Below, piece after piece: positions 12,001-24,000 of a stretch of DNA of 64,000 bases. Every line of letters begins with the position of its first letter. The first letter of the stretch is position 1. Source of the DNA: Eledone cirrhosa (Eukaryota); the NCBI GenBank assembly GCA_964016885.1, contig OZ024740.1:139004001-139068000 (forward strand), in the 5' to 3' direction. Below the pieces are notes generated by a model, which saw only the letters and a list, made by a program, of their open reading frames with translations, was not told the origin of the DNA and made no database searches. Both the position numbers and the translations under genes were made by a program.

Positions 12001-15000
12001 TGTTGTTGTTGTCAGTGTTGCTGATAGTATTGTTGTTGTTAGTCTTGTTGTTGTTGTCATTGTTGTTGTTAGTCTTGTTGTTGTTAGTCTTGTTGTTGTT
12101 GTCATTTTTGTTGTTAATCTTGTTGTTGTTAGTCTTGTTGTTAGTCTTGTTGTTGTTGTCATTGTTGCTGTTAGTCTTGTTGTTGTTGTCTTTGTTGTTG
12201 TTTGTCTTGTTGTTGTTAGTATTGTTGTTGTTAGTGTTGTTGTTGTTGTCATTTTTGTTGTTGTCATTGTTGTGATTAGTCTTGTTGTTGTTAGTCTTGT
12301 CGTTGTTGTCATTGTTGTAATTAGTCTTGTTGTTGTTTTCATTTTTGTTGTTAATCTTGTTGTTGTTAGTCTTGTTGCTGTTAGTCTTGTTGTTGTTGTC
12401 TTTGTTGTTGTTAGTCTTGTTGTTGTTAGTATTGTTGTTGTTAGTGTTGTTGTTGTTGTCATTTTTGTTGTTGACATTGTTGTGATTAGTCTTGTTATTG
12501 TTAGTCTTCTTGTTGTTGTCATTGTTGCTGTTAGTCTTGTTGTTGTTTTCATTTTTGTTGTTAATCTTGTTGTTGTTAGTCTTGTTGTTGTTAGTCTTGT
12601 TGTTGTTGTAATTGTTGCTGTTAGTCTTTTTGTTGTTGCAATTGTTGCTGTTAGTCTTGTTGTTGTTGTTAGTCTTGTTGTTGTTGTCATTGTTGTTGTT
12701 AGTCTTGTTGTTGTTGTCATTGTTGTTGTTAGTCTTGTCGTTGTTGTCATTGTTGTTGTTAGTCTTGTTGTTTTTGTCATTGTTGCTGTTAGTCTTGTTG
12801 TTGTTGTCATTGTTGTTGTTAATCTCGTTGTTGTTGTCATTGTTGTTGTTAGTCTTGTTGTTGTTGTCATTGTTGTTGTTAGTCTTGTTGTTGTTGTAAT
12901 TGTTGTTGTTAGTCTTGTTGTTTTTGTCATTGTTGCTGTTAGTCTTTTTGTTGTTGTCATTGTTGTTGTTAGTCTTGTTGTTTTTGTCATTGTTGCTGTT
13001 AGTCTTGTTGTTGTTGTCATTGTTGTTGTTAGTCTTGTTGTTGTTGTCATTGTTGTTGTTACTCTTGTTGTTGTTGTCATTGTTGTTGTTGTCATTGTTG
13101 TTGTTAATCTCGTTGTTGTTGTCATTGTTGTTGTTAGTCTTGCTGTTGTTGTCATTGTTGCTGTTAGTCTTTTTGTTGTTGTCATTGTTGTTGTTAGTCT
13201 TGTTGTTGTTGTCATTGTTGTTGTTGTCATTTTTGTTGTTAGTCTTGTTGTTGTTGTCATTGTTGCTGTTAGTCTTGTTGTTGTTGTCATTGTTGTTGTT
13301 AGTCTTGTTGTTGTTGTCATTGTTGCTGTTAGTCTTGTTGTTGTTGTCATTGTTGTTGTTAGTCTTGTTGTTGTTTTCATTGTTGCTGTTAGTCTTGTTG
13401 TTGTTGTCATTGTTGTTGTTAGTCTTGTTGTTGTTGTCATTGTTGTTGTTAGTCTTGTTGTTGTTGTCATTGTTGTTGTTGTCATTGTTGTTGTTAATCT
13501 CGTTGTTGTTGTCATTGTTGTTGTTAGTCTTGGTTAGTCTTGTTGTTGTTGTCATTGTTATTGTTAGTCTTGTTGTTGTTGTCATTGTTGTTGTTAGTCA
13601 TGTTGTTGTTGTCATTGTTGTTGTTAGTCTTGTTGTTGTTGTCATTGTTGTTGTTGTCATTGTTGTTGTTAGTCTTGTTGTTGTTGTCATTGTTATTGTT
13701 AGTATTCTTGTTGTTGTCATTGTTGTTGTTAGTCTTGTTGTTGTTGTCATTATTGTTGTTAGTCTTGTTGTTGTTGTCATTGTTGTTGTTGTCATTTTTG
13801 TTGTTAGTCTTGTTGTTGTTGTCATTGTTGCTGTTAGTCTTGTTGTTGTTGTCATTGTTGTTGTTAGTCTTGTTGTTGTTGTCATTGTTGCTGTTAGTCT
13901 TGTTGTTGTTGTCATTGTTGTTGTTAGTCTTGTTATTGTTTTCATTGTTGCTGTTAGTCTTGTTGTTGTTGTCATTGTTGTTGTTAATCTTGTTGTTGTT
14001 GTCATTGTTGATGTTAGTCTTGTTGTTGTTGTCATTGTTGTTGTTGTCATTGTTATTGTTAGTCTTGTTGGTGTTGTCATTGTTGTTGTTAGTCATGTTG
14101 TTGTTGTCATTGTTGTTGTTAGTCTCGTTGTTGTTGTCATTGTTGTTGTTGTCATTGTTGTTGTTAATCTTGTTGTTGTTAGTCTTGTTGTTGTTAGTCT
14201 TGCTGTTGTTGTCATTGTTGCTGTTAGTCTTTTTGTTGTTGTCATTGTTATTGTTAGTCTTCTTGTTGTTGTCATTGTTGTTGTTAGTCTTGTTGTTGTT
14301 GTCATTATTGTTGTTAGTCTTGTTGTTGTTGTCATTGTTGTTGTTAGTCTTGTTGTTGTTGTCAGTGTTGTTGTTAGTATTGTTGTTGTTGTCAGTGTTG
14401 TTGTTAGTCTTGTTGTTGTTGTCATTGTTGTTGTTAGTCTTGTTGTTGTTAGTCTTGTTGTTGTTGTCATTTTTGTTGTTAATCTTGTTGTTGTTAGTCT
14501 TGTTGTTAGTCTTGTTGTTGTTGTCATTGTTGCTGTTAGTCTTGTTGTTGTTTTTCTTTGTTGTTGTTAGTCTTGTTGTTGTTAGTATTGTTGTTGTTAG
14601 TGTTGTTGTTGTTGTCATTTTTGTTGTTGTCATTGTTGTTATTAGTCTTGTTGTTGTTAGTCTTGTCGTTGTTGTCATTGTTGTAATTAGTCTTGTTGTT
14701 AGTCTTGTTGTTAGTCTTGTTGTTGTTAGTCTTGTTGTTGTTGTCATTGTTGCTGTTAGTCTTGTTGTTTTCATTTTTGTTGTTAATCTTGTTGTTGTTA
14801 GTCTTGTTGTTGTTAGTCTTGTTGTTGTTTTAATTGTTGCTGTTAGTCTTTTTGTTGTTGCAATTGTTGCTGTTAGTCTTGTTGTTGTTGTTAGTCTTGT
14901 TGTTGTTGTCATTGTTGTTGTTAGTCTTGTTGTTGTTGTCATTGTTGTTGTTAGTCTTGTCGTTGTTGTCATTGTTGTTGTTAGTCTTGTTGTTTTTGTC

Positions 15001-18000
15001 ATTGTTGCTGTTAGTCTTGTTGTTGTTGTCATTGTTGTTGTTAATCTCGTTGTTGTTGTCATTTTTGTTGTTAGTCTTGTTGTTGTTGTCATTGTTGTTG
15101 TTAGTCTTGTTGTCGTTGTAATTGTTGTTGTTAGTCTTGTTGTTTTTGTCATTGTTGCTGTTAGTCTTTTTGTTGTTGTCATTGTTGTTGTTAGTCTTGT
15201 TGTTTTTGTCATTGTTGCTGTTAGTCTTGTTGTTGTTGTCATTGTTGTTGTTAGTCTTGTTGTTGTTGTCATTGTTGTTGTTACTCTTGTTGTTGTTGTC
15301 ATTGTTGTTGTTGTCATTGTTGTTGTTGTCATTGTTGTTGTTAATCTCGTTGTTGTTGTTGTCATTGTTGTTGTTAGTCTTGCTGTTGTTGTCATTGTTG
15401 CTGTTAGTCTTTTTGTTGTTGTCATTGTTGTTGTTAGTCTTGTTGTTGTTGTCATTTTTGTTGTTAGTCTTGTTGTTGTTGTCATTGTTGCTGTTAGTCT
15501 TGTTGTTGTTGTCATTGTTGTTGTTAGTCTTGTTGTTGTTGTCATTGTTGCTGTTAGTCTTGTTGTTGTTGTCATTGTTGTTGTTAGTCTTGTTGTTGTT
15601 TTCATTGTTGCTGTTAGTCTTGTTGTTGTTGTCATTGTTGTTGTTAGTCTTGTTGTTGTTGTCATTGTTGTTGTTAGTCTTGTTGTTGTTGTCATTGTTG
15701 TTGTTGTCATTGTTGTTGTTAATCTCGTTGTTGTTGTCATAGTTGTTGTTAGTCTCGGTTAGTCTTGTTGTTGTTGTCATTGTTATTGTTAGTATTGTTG
15801 TTGTTGTCATTGTTGTTGTTAGTCATGTTGTTGTTGTCATTGTTGTTGTTAGTCTTGTTGTTGTTGTCATTGTTGTTGTTGTCATTGTTATTGTTAGTCT
15901 TGTTGTTGTTGTCATTGTTATTGTTAGTATTCTTGTTGTTGTCATTGTTGTTGTTAGTCTTGTTGTTGTTGTCATTATTGTTGTTAGTCTTGTTGTTGTT
16001 GTCATTGTTGTTGTTGTCATTTTTGTTGTTAGTCTTGTTGTTGTTGTCATTGTTGCTGTTAGTCTTGTTGTTGTTGTCATTGTTGTTGTTAGTCTTGTTG
16101 TTGTTGTCATTGTTGCTGTTAGTCTTGTTGTTGTTGTCATTGTTGTTGTTAGTCTTGTTATTGTTTTCATTGTTGCTGTTAGTCTTGTTGTTGTTGTCAT
16201 TGTTGTTGTTAGTCTTGTTGTTGTTGTCATTGTTGTTGTTAGTCTTGTTGTTGTTGTCATTGTTGTTCTTGTCATTGTTGTTGTTAATCTCGTTGTTGTT
16301 GTCATAGTTGTTGTTAGTCTTGTTGTTGTTGTCATTGTTATTGTTAGTCTTGTTGTTGTTGTCATTGTTGTTGTTAGTCATGTTGTTGTTGTCATTGTTG
16401 TTGTTAGTCTTGTTGTTGTTGTCATTGTTGTTGTTGTCATTGTTGTTGTTAATCTTGTTGTTGTTAGTCTTGTTGTTGTTAGTCTTGCTGTTGTTGTCAT
16501 TGTTGCTGTTAGTCTTTTTGTTGTTGTCATTGTTGTTGTTAGTCTTGTTGTTGTTGTCATTGTTGTTGTTGTCATTTTTGTTGTTAGTCATGTTTTTGTT
16601 GTCATTGTTGCTGTTAGTCTTGTTGTTGTTGTCATTGTTGTTGTTAGTCTTGTTGTTGTTGTCATTGTTGCTGTTAGTCTTGTTGTTGTTGTCATTGTTG
16701 TTGTTAGTCTTGTTGTTGTTTTCATTGTTGCTGTTAGTCTTGTTGTTGTTGTCATTGTTGTTGTTAGTCTTGTTGTTGTTGTCATTGTTGTTGTTAGTCT
16801 TGTTGTTGTTGTCATTGTTGTTGTTGTCATTGTTGTTGTTAATCTCGTTGTTGTTGTCATTGTTGTTGTTAGTCTTGGTTAGTCTTGTTGTTGTTGTCAT
16901 TGTTATTGTTAGTCTTGTTGTTGTTGTCATTGTTGTTGTTAGTCATGTTGTTGTTGTCATTGTTGTTGTTAGTCTTGTTTTTGTCATTGTTGTTGTTGTC
17001 ATTGTTGTTGTTAGTCTTGTTGTTCCTGTTAGGCTTGTTGTTGTTGTCATTGTTGCTGTTAGTCTTGTTGTTGTTGTCATTGTTGCTGTTAGTCTTGTTG
17101 TTGTTGTCATTGTTGCTGTTAGTCTTTTTGTTGTTGTCATTGTTGTTGTTAGTCTTGTTGTTGTTGTCATTGTTGTTGTTAGTCTCGTCGTTGTTGTCAT
17201 TGTTGTTGTTAGTCTTGTTGTTTTTGTCATTGTTGCTGTTAGTCTTGTTGTTGTTGTCATTGTTGTTGTTAATCTCGTTGTTGTTGTCATTGTTGTTGTT
17301 AGTCTTGTTGTTGTTGTCATTGTTGTTGTTAGTCTTGTTGTTGTTGTAATTGTTGTTGTTAGTCTTGTTGTTTTTGTCATTGTTGCTTTTAGTCTTTTTG
17401 TTGTTGTCATTGTTGTTGTTAGTCTTGTTGTTTTTGTCATTGTTGCTGTTAGTCTTGTTGTTGTTGTCATTGTTGTTGTTAGTCTTGTTGTTGTTGTCAT
17501 TGTTGTTGTTACTCTTGTTGTTGTTGTCATTGTTGTTGTTAATCTCGTTGTTGTTGTCATTGTTGTTGTTAGTCTTGCTGTCGTTGTCATTGTTGCTGTT
17601 AGTCTTTTTGTTGTTGTCATTGTTGTGGTTAGACTTGTTGTTGTTGTCATTGTTGTTGTTGTCATTTTTGTTGTTGTTGTCATTGTGGTTGTTGTCATTG
17701 TTGTTGTTAATCTCGTTGTTGTTGTCATTGTTGTTGTTAGTCTTGTTGTTGTTGTCATTGTTATTGTTATTCTTCTTGTTGTTGTCATTGTTGTTGTTAG
17801 TCATGTTGTTGTTGTCATTGTTGTTGTTAGTCTTGTTGTTGTCATTGTTGTTGTTGTCATTGTTGTTGTTAGTCTTGTTGTTGTTGTCATTGTTATTGTT
17901 AGTCTTCTTGTTGTTGTCATTGTTGTTGTTAGTCTTGTTGTTGTTGTCATTATTGTTGTTAGTCTTGTTGTTGTTGTCATTGTTGTTGTTAGTCTTGTTG

Positions 18001-21000
18001 TTGTTGTCAGTGTTGTTGTTAGTATTGTTGTTGATAGTCTTGTTGTTGTTGTCATTGTTGTTGTTAGTCTTGTTGTTGTTAATCTTGTTGTTGTTGTCAT
18101 TTTTGTTGTTAATCTTGTTGTTGTTAGTCTTGTTGTTAGTCTTGTTGTTGTTGTCATTGTTGCTGTTAGTCTTGTTGTTGTTGTCTTTGTTGTTGTTAGT
18201 CTTGTTGTTGTTGTCAGTGTTGTTGTTAGTATTGTTGTTGTTAGTGTTGTTGTTGTTGTCATTTTTGTTGTTGTCATTGTTGTTATTAGTCTTGTTGTTG
18301 TTAGTCTTGTTGTTGTTGTCATTGTTGTAATTAGTCTTGTTGTTGTTAGTCTTGTTGTTGTTAGTCTCGTTGTTGTTGTCATTGTTGCTGTTAGTCTTGT
18401 TGTTGTTTTCATTTTTGTTGTTAATCTTGTTGTTGTTAGTCTTGTTGTTGTTAGTCTTGTTGTTGTTGTAATTGTTGCTGTTAGTCTTTTTGTTGTTGCA
18501 ATTGTTGCTGTTAGTCTTGTTGTTGTTGTTAGGCTTGTTGTTGTTGTCATTGTTGTTGTTAGTCTTGTTGTTGTTGTCATTGTTGTTGTTAGTCTTGTCG
18601 TTGTTGTCATTGTTGTTGTTAGTCTTGTTGTTTTTGTCATTGTTGCTGTTAGTCTTGTTGTTGTTGTCATTGTTGTTGTTAATCTCGTTGTTGTTTTCAT
18701 TGTTGTTGTTAGTCTTGTTGTTGTTGTCATTGTTGTTGTTAGTCTTGTTGTCGTTGTAATTGTTGTTGTTAGTCTTGTTGTTTTTGTCATTGTTGCTGGT
18801 AGTCTTTTTGTTGTTGTCATTGTTGTTGTTAGTCTTGTTGTTTTTGTCATTGTTGCTGTTAGTCTTGTTGTTGTTGTCATTGTTGTTGATAGTCTTGTTG
18901 TTGTTGTCATTGTTGTTGTTACTCTTGTTGTTGTTGTCATTGTTGTTGTTGTCATTGTTGTTGTTAATCTCGTTGTTGTTGTCATTGTTGTTGTTAGTCT
19001 TGCTGTTGTTGTCATTGTTGTTGTTGTCATTTTTGTTGTTAGTCTTGTTGTTGTTGTCATTGTTGCTGTTAGTCTTGTTGTTGTTGTCATTGTTGTTGTT
19101 AGTCTTGTTGTTGTTGTCATTGTTGCTGTTAGTCTTGTTGTTGTTGTCATTGTTGTTGTTAGTCTTGTTGTTGTTTTCATTGTTGCTGTTAGTCTTGTTG
19201 TTGTTGTCATTGTTGTTGTTAGTCTTGTTGTTGTTGTCATTGTTGTTGTTAGTCTTGTTGTTGTTGTCATTGTTGTTGTTAGTCTCGTCGTTGTTGTCAT
19301 TGTTGTTGTTAGTCTTGTTGTTTTTGTCATTGTTGCTGTTAGTCTTGTTGTTGTTTTCATTGTTGTTGTTAATCTCGTTGTTGTTGTCATTGTTGTTGTT
19401 AGTCTTGTTGTTGTTGTCATTGTTGTTGTTAGTCTTGTTGTTGTTGTAATTGTTGTTGTTAGTCTTGTTGTTTTTGTCATTGTTGCTGTTAGTCTTTTTG
19501 TTGTTGTCATTGTTGTTGTTAGTCTTGTTGTATTTGTCATTGTTGCTGTTAGTCGTGTTGTTGTTGTCATTGTTGTTGTTAGTCTTGTTGTTGTTGTCAT
19601 TGTTGTTGTTACTCTTGTTGTTGTTGTCATTGTTGTTGTTAATCTCGTTGTTGTTGTCATTGTTGTTGTTAGTCTTGCTGTTGTTGTCATTGTTGCTGTT
19701 AGTCTTTTTGTTGTTGTCATTGTTGTGGTTAGACTTGTTGTTGTTGTCATTGTTGTTGTTGTCATTTTTGTTGTTAGTCTTGTTGTTGTTGTCACTGTTG
19801 CTGTTAGTCTTGTTGTTATTGTCATTGTTGTTGTTAGTCTTGTTGTTGTTGTCATTGTTGCTGTTAGTCTTGTTGTTGTTGTCATTGTTGTTGTTAGTCT
19901 TGTTGTTGTTTTCATTGTTGCTGTTAGTCATCTTGTTGTTGTCATTGTTGTTGTTAGTCTTGTTGTTGTTGTCATTGTTGTTGTTAGTTTTGTTGTTGTT
20001 GTCATTGTGGTTGTTGTCATTGTTGTTGTTAATCTCGTTGTTGTTGTCATTGTTGTTGTTAGTCTTGTTGTTGTTGTCATTGTTATTGTTATTCTTCTTG
20101 TTGTTGTCATTGTTGTTGTTAGTCATGTTGTTGTTGTCATTGTTGTTGTTAGTCTTGTTGTTGTCATTGTTGTTGTTGTCATTGTTGTTGTTAGTCTTGT
20201 TGTTGTTGTCATTGTTATTGTTAGTCTTCTTGTTGTTGTCATTGTTGTTGTTAGTCTTGTTGTTGTTGTCATTATTGTTGTTAGTCTTGTTGTTGTTGTC
20301 ATTGTTGTTGTTAGTCTTATTGTTGTTGTCAGTGTTGTTGTTAGTATTGTTGTTGATAGTCTTGTTGTTGTTGTCATTGTTGTTGTTAGTCTTGTTGTTG
20401 TTAGTCTTGTTGTTGTTGTCATTTTTGTTGTTAATCTTGTTGTTGTTAGTCTTGTTAGTCTTGTTGTTGTTGTCATTGTTGCTGTTAGTCTTGTTGTTGT
20501 TGTCTTTGTTGTTGTTAGTCTTGTTGTTGTTGTCAGTGTTGTTGTTAGTATTGTTGTTGTTAGTGTTGTTGTTGTTGTCATTTTTGTTGTTGTCATTGTT
20601 GTTATTAGTCTTGTTGTTGTTAGTCTTGTTGTTGTTGTCATTGTTGTAATTAGTCTTGTTGTTGTTAGTCTTCTTGTTGTTAGTCTTGTTGTTGTTGTCA
20701 TTGTTGCTGTTAGTCTTGTTGTTGTTTTCATTTTTGTTGTTAATCTTGTTGTTGTTAGTCTTGTTGTTGTTAGTCTTGTTGTTGTTGTAATTGTTGCTGT
20801 TAGTCTTTTTGTTGTTGCAATTGTTGCTGTTAGTCTTGTTGTTGTTGTTAGGCTTGTTGTTGTTGTCATTGTTGTTGTTAGTCTTGTTGTTGTTGTCATT
20901 GTTGTTGTTAGTCTTGTCGTTGTTGTCATTGTTGTTGTTAGTCTTGTTGTTTTTGTCATTGTTGCTGTTAGTCTTGTTCTTGTTGTCATTGTTGTTGTTA

Positions 21001-24000
21001 ATCTCGTTGTTGTTGTCATTGTTGTTGTTAGTCTTGTTGTGGTTGTCATTGTTGTTGTTAGTCTTGTTGTCGTTGTAATTGTTGTTGTTAGTCTTGTTGT
21101 TTTTGTCATTGTTGCTGTTAGTCTTTTTGTTGTTGTCATTGTTGTTGTTAGTCTTGTTGTTTTTGTCATTGTTGCTGTTAGTCTTGTTGTTGTTGTCATT
21201 GTTGTTGATAGTCTTGTTGTTGTTGTCATTGTTGTTGTTACTCTTGTTGTTGTTGTCATTGTTGTTGTTGTCATTGTTGTTGTTAATCTCGTTGTTGTTG
21301 TCATTGTTGTTGTTAGTCTTGCTGTTGTTGTCATTGTTGTTGTTGTCATTTTTGTTGTTAGTCTTGTTGTTGTTGTCATTGTTGCTGTTAGTCTTGTTGT
21401 TGTTGTCATTGTTGTTGTTAGTCTTGTTGTTGTTGTCATTGTTGCTGTTAGTCTTGTTGTTGTTGTCATTGTTGTTGTTAGTCTTGTTGTTGTTTTCATT
21501 GTTGCTGTTAGTCTTGTTGTTGTTGTCATTGTTGTTGTTAGTCTTGTTGTTGTTGTCATTGTTGTTGTTAGTCTTGTTGTTGTTGTCATTGTTGTTGTTG
21601 TCATTGTTGTTGTTAATCTCGTTGTTGTTGTCATTGTTGTTGTTAGTCTTGGTTAGTCTTGTTGTTGTTGTCATTGTTATTGTTAGTCTTGTTGTTGTTG
21701 TCATTGTTGTTGTTAGTCATGTTGTTGTTGTCATTGCTGTTGTTAGTCTTGTTGTTGTTGTCATTGTTGTTGTTAGTCTTGTTGTTGTTGTCATTGTTAT
21801 TGTTAGTCTTCTTGTTGTTGTCATTGTTGTTGTTAGTCTTGTTGTTGTTGTCATTATTGTTGTTAGTCTTGTTGTTGTTGTCATTGTTGTTGTTGTCATT
21901 TTTGTTGTTAGTCTTGTTGTTGTTGTCATTGTTGCTGTTAGTCTTGTTGTTGTTGTCATTGTTGTTGTTAGTCTTGTTGTTGTTGTCATTGTTGCTGTTA
22001 GTCTTGTTGTTGTTGTCATTGTTGTTGTTAGTCTTGTTGTTGTTTTCATTGTTGCTGTTAGTCTTGTTGTTGTTGTCATTGTTGTTGTTAGTCTTGTTGT
22101 TGTTGTCATTGTTGTTGTTAGTCTTGTTGTTGTTGTCATTGTTGTTGTTGTCATTGTTGTTGTTAATCTCGTTGTTGTTGTCATAGTTGTTGTTAGTCTT
22201 GTTGTTGTTGTCATTGTTATTGTTAGTCTTGTTGTTGTTGTCATTGTTGTTGTCATTGTTGTTGTCATTGTTGTTGTTTGTCATGTTGTTGTTGTCATTG
22301 TTGTTGTTAGTCTTGTTGTCTTTGTCTTTGTTGTTGTTGTCATTGTTGTTGTTAATCTTGTTGTTGTTAGTCTTGTTGTTGTTAGTCTTGTTGTTGTTGT
22401 AATTGTTGCTGTTAGTCTTTTTGTTGTTGCAATTGTTGCTGTTAGTCTTGTTGTTGTTGTTAGTCTTGTTGTTGTTGTCATTGTTGTTGTTAGTCTTGTT
22501 GTTGTTGTCATTGTTGTTGTTAGTCTTGTCGTTGTTGTCATTGTTGTTGTTAGTCTTGTTGTTTTTGTCATTGTTGCTGTTAGTCTTGTTGTTGTTGTCA
22601 TTGCTGTTGTTAATCTCGTTGTTGTTGTCATTGTTGTTGTTAGTCTTGTTGTTGTTGTCATTGTTGTTGTTAGTCTTGTTGTTGTTGTAATTGTTGTTGT
22701 TAGTCTTGTTGTTTTTGTCATTGTTGCTGTTAGTCTTTTTGTTGTTGTCATTGTTGTTGTTAGTCTTGTTGTTGTTGTCATTGTTGTTGTTACTCTTGTT
22801 GTTGTTGTCATTGTTGTTGTTGTCATTGTTGTTGTTAATCTCGTTGTTGTTGTCATTGTTGTTGTTAGTCTTGCTGTTGTTGTCATTGTTGCTGTTAGTC
22901 TTTTTGTTGTTGTCATTGTTGTTGTTAGTCTTGTTGTTGTTGTCATTGTTGTTGTTGTCATTGTTGTTGTTAATCTCGTTGTTGTTGTCATTGTTGTTGT
23001 TAGTCTTGGTTAGTCTTGTTGTTGTTGTCATTGTTATTGTTAGTCTTGTTGTTGTTGTCATTGTTGTTGTTAGTCATGTTGTTGTTGTCATTGTTGTTGT
23101 TAGTCTTGTTGTTGTTGTCATTGTTGTTGTTGTCATTGTTGTTGTTAGTCTTGTTGTTGTTGTCATTGTTATTGTTAGTATTCTTGTTGTTGTCATTGTT
23201 GTTGTTAGTCTTGTTGTTGTTGTCATTATTGTTGTTAGTCTTGTTGTTGTTGTCATTGTTGTTGTTGTCATTTTTGTTGTTAGTCTTGTTGTTGTTGTCA
23301 TTGTTGCTGTTAGTCTTGTTGTTGTTGTCATTGTTGTTGTTAGTCTTGTTGTTGTTGTCATTGTTGCTGTTAGTCTTGTTGTTGTTGTCATTGTTGTTGT
23401 TAGTCTTGTTATTGTTTTCATTGTTGCTGTTAGTCTTGTTGTTGTTGTCATTGTTGTTGTTAATCTTGTTGTTGTTGTCATTGTTGATGTTAGTCTTGTT
23501 GTTGTTGTCATTGTTGTTGTTGTCATTGTTATTGTTAGTCTTGTTGGTGTTGTCATTGTTGTTGTTAGTCATGTTGTTGTTGTCATTGTTGTTGTTAGTC
23601 TTGTTGTTGTTGTCATTGTTGTTGTTGTCATTGTTGTTGTTAATCTTGTTGTTGTTAGTCTTGTTGTTGTTAGTCTTGCTGTTGTTTTCATTGTTGCTGT
23701 TAGTCTTTTTGTTGTTGTCATTGTTATTGTTAGTCTTCTTGTTGTTGTCATTGTTGTTGTTAGTCTTGTTGTTGTTGTCATTATTGTTGTTAGTCTTGTT
23801 GTTGTTGTCATTGTTGTTGTTAGTCTTGTTGTTGTTGTCAGTGTTGTTGTTAGTATTGTTGTTGTTGTCAGTGTTGTTGTTAGTCTTGTTGTTGTTGTCA
23901 TTGTTGTTGTTAGTCTTGTTGTTGTTAGTCTTGTTGTTGTTGTCATTTTTGTTGTTAATCTTGTTGTTGTTAGTCTTGTTGTTAGTCTTGTTGTTGTTGT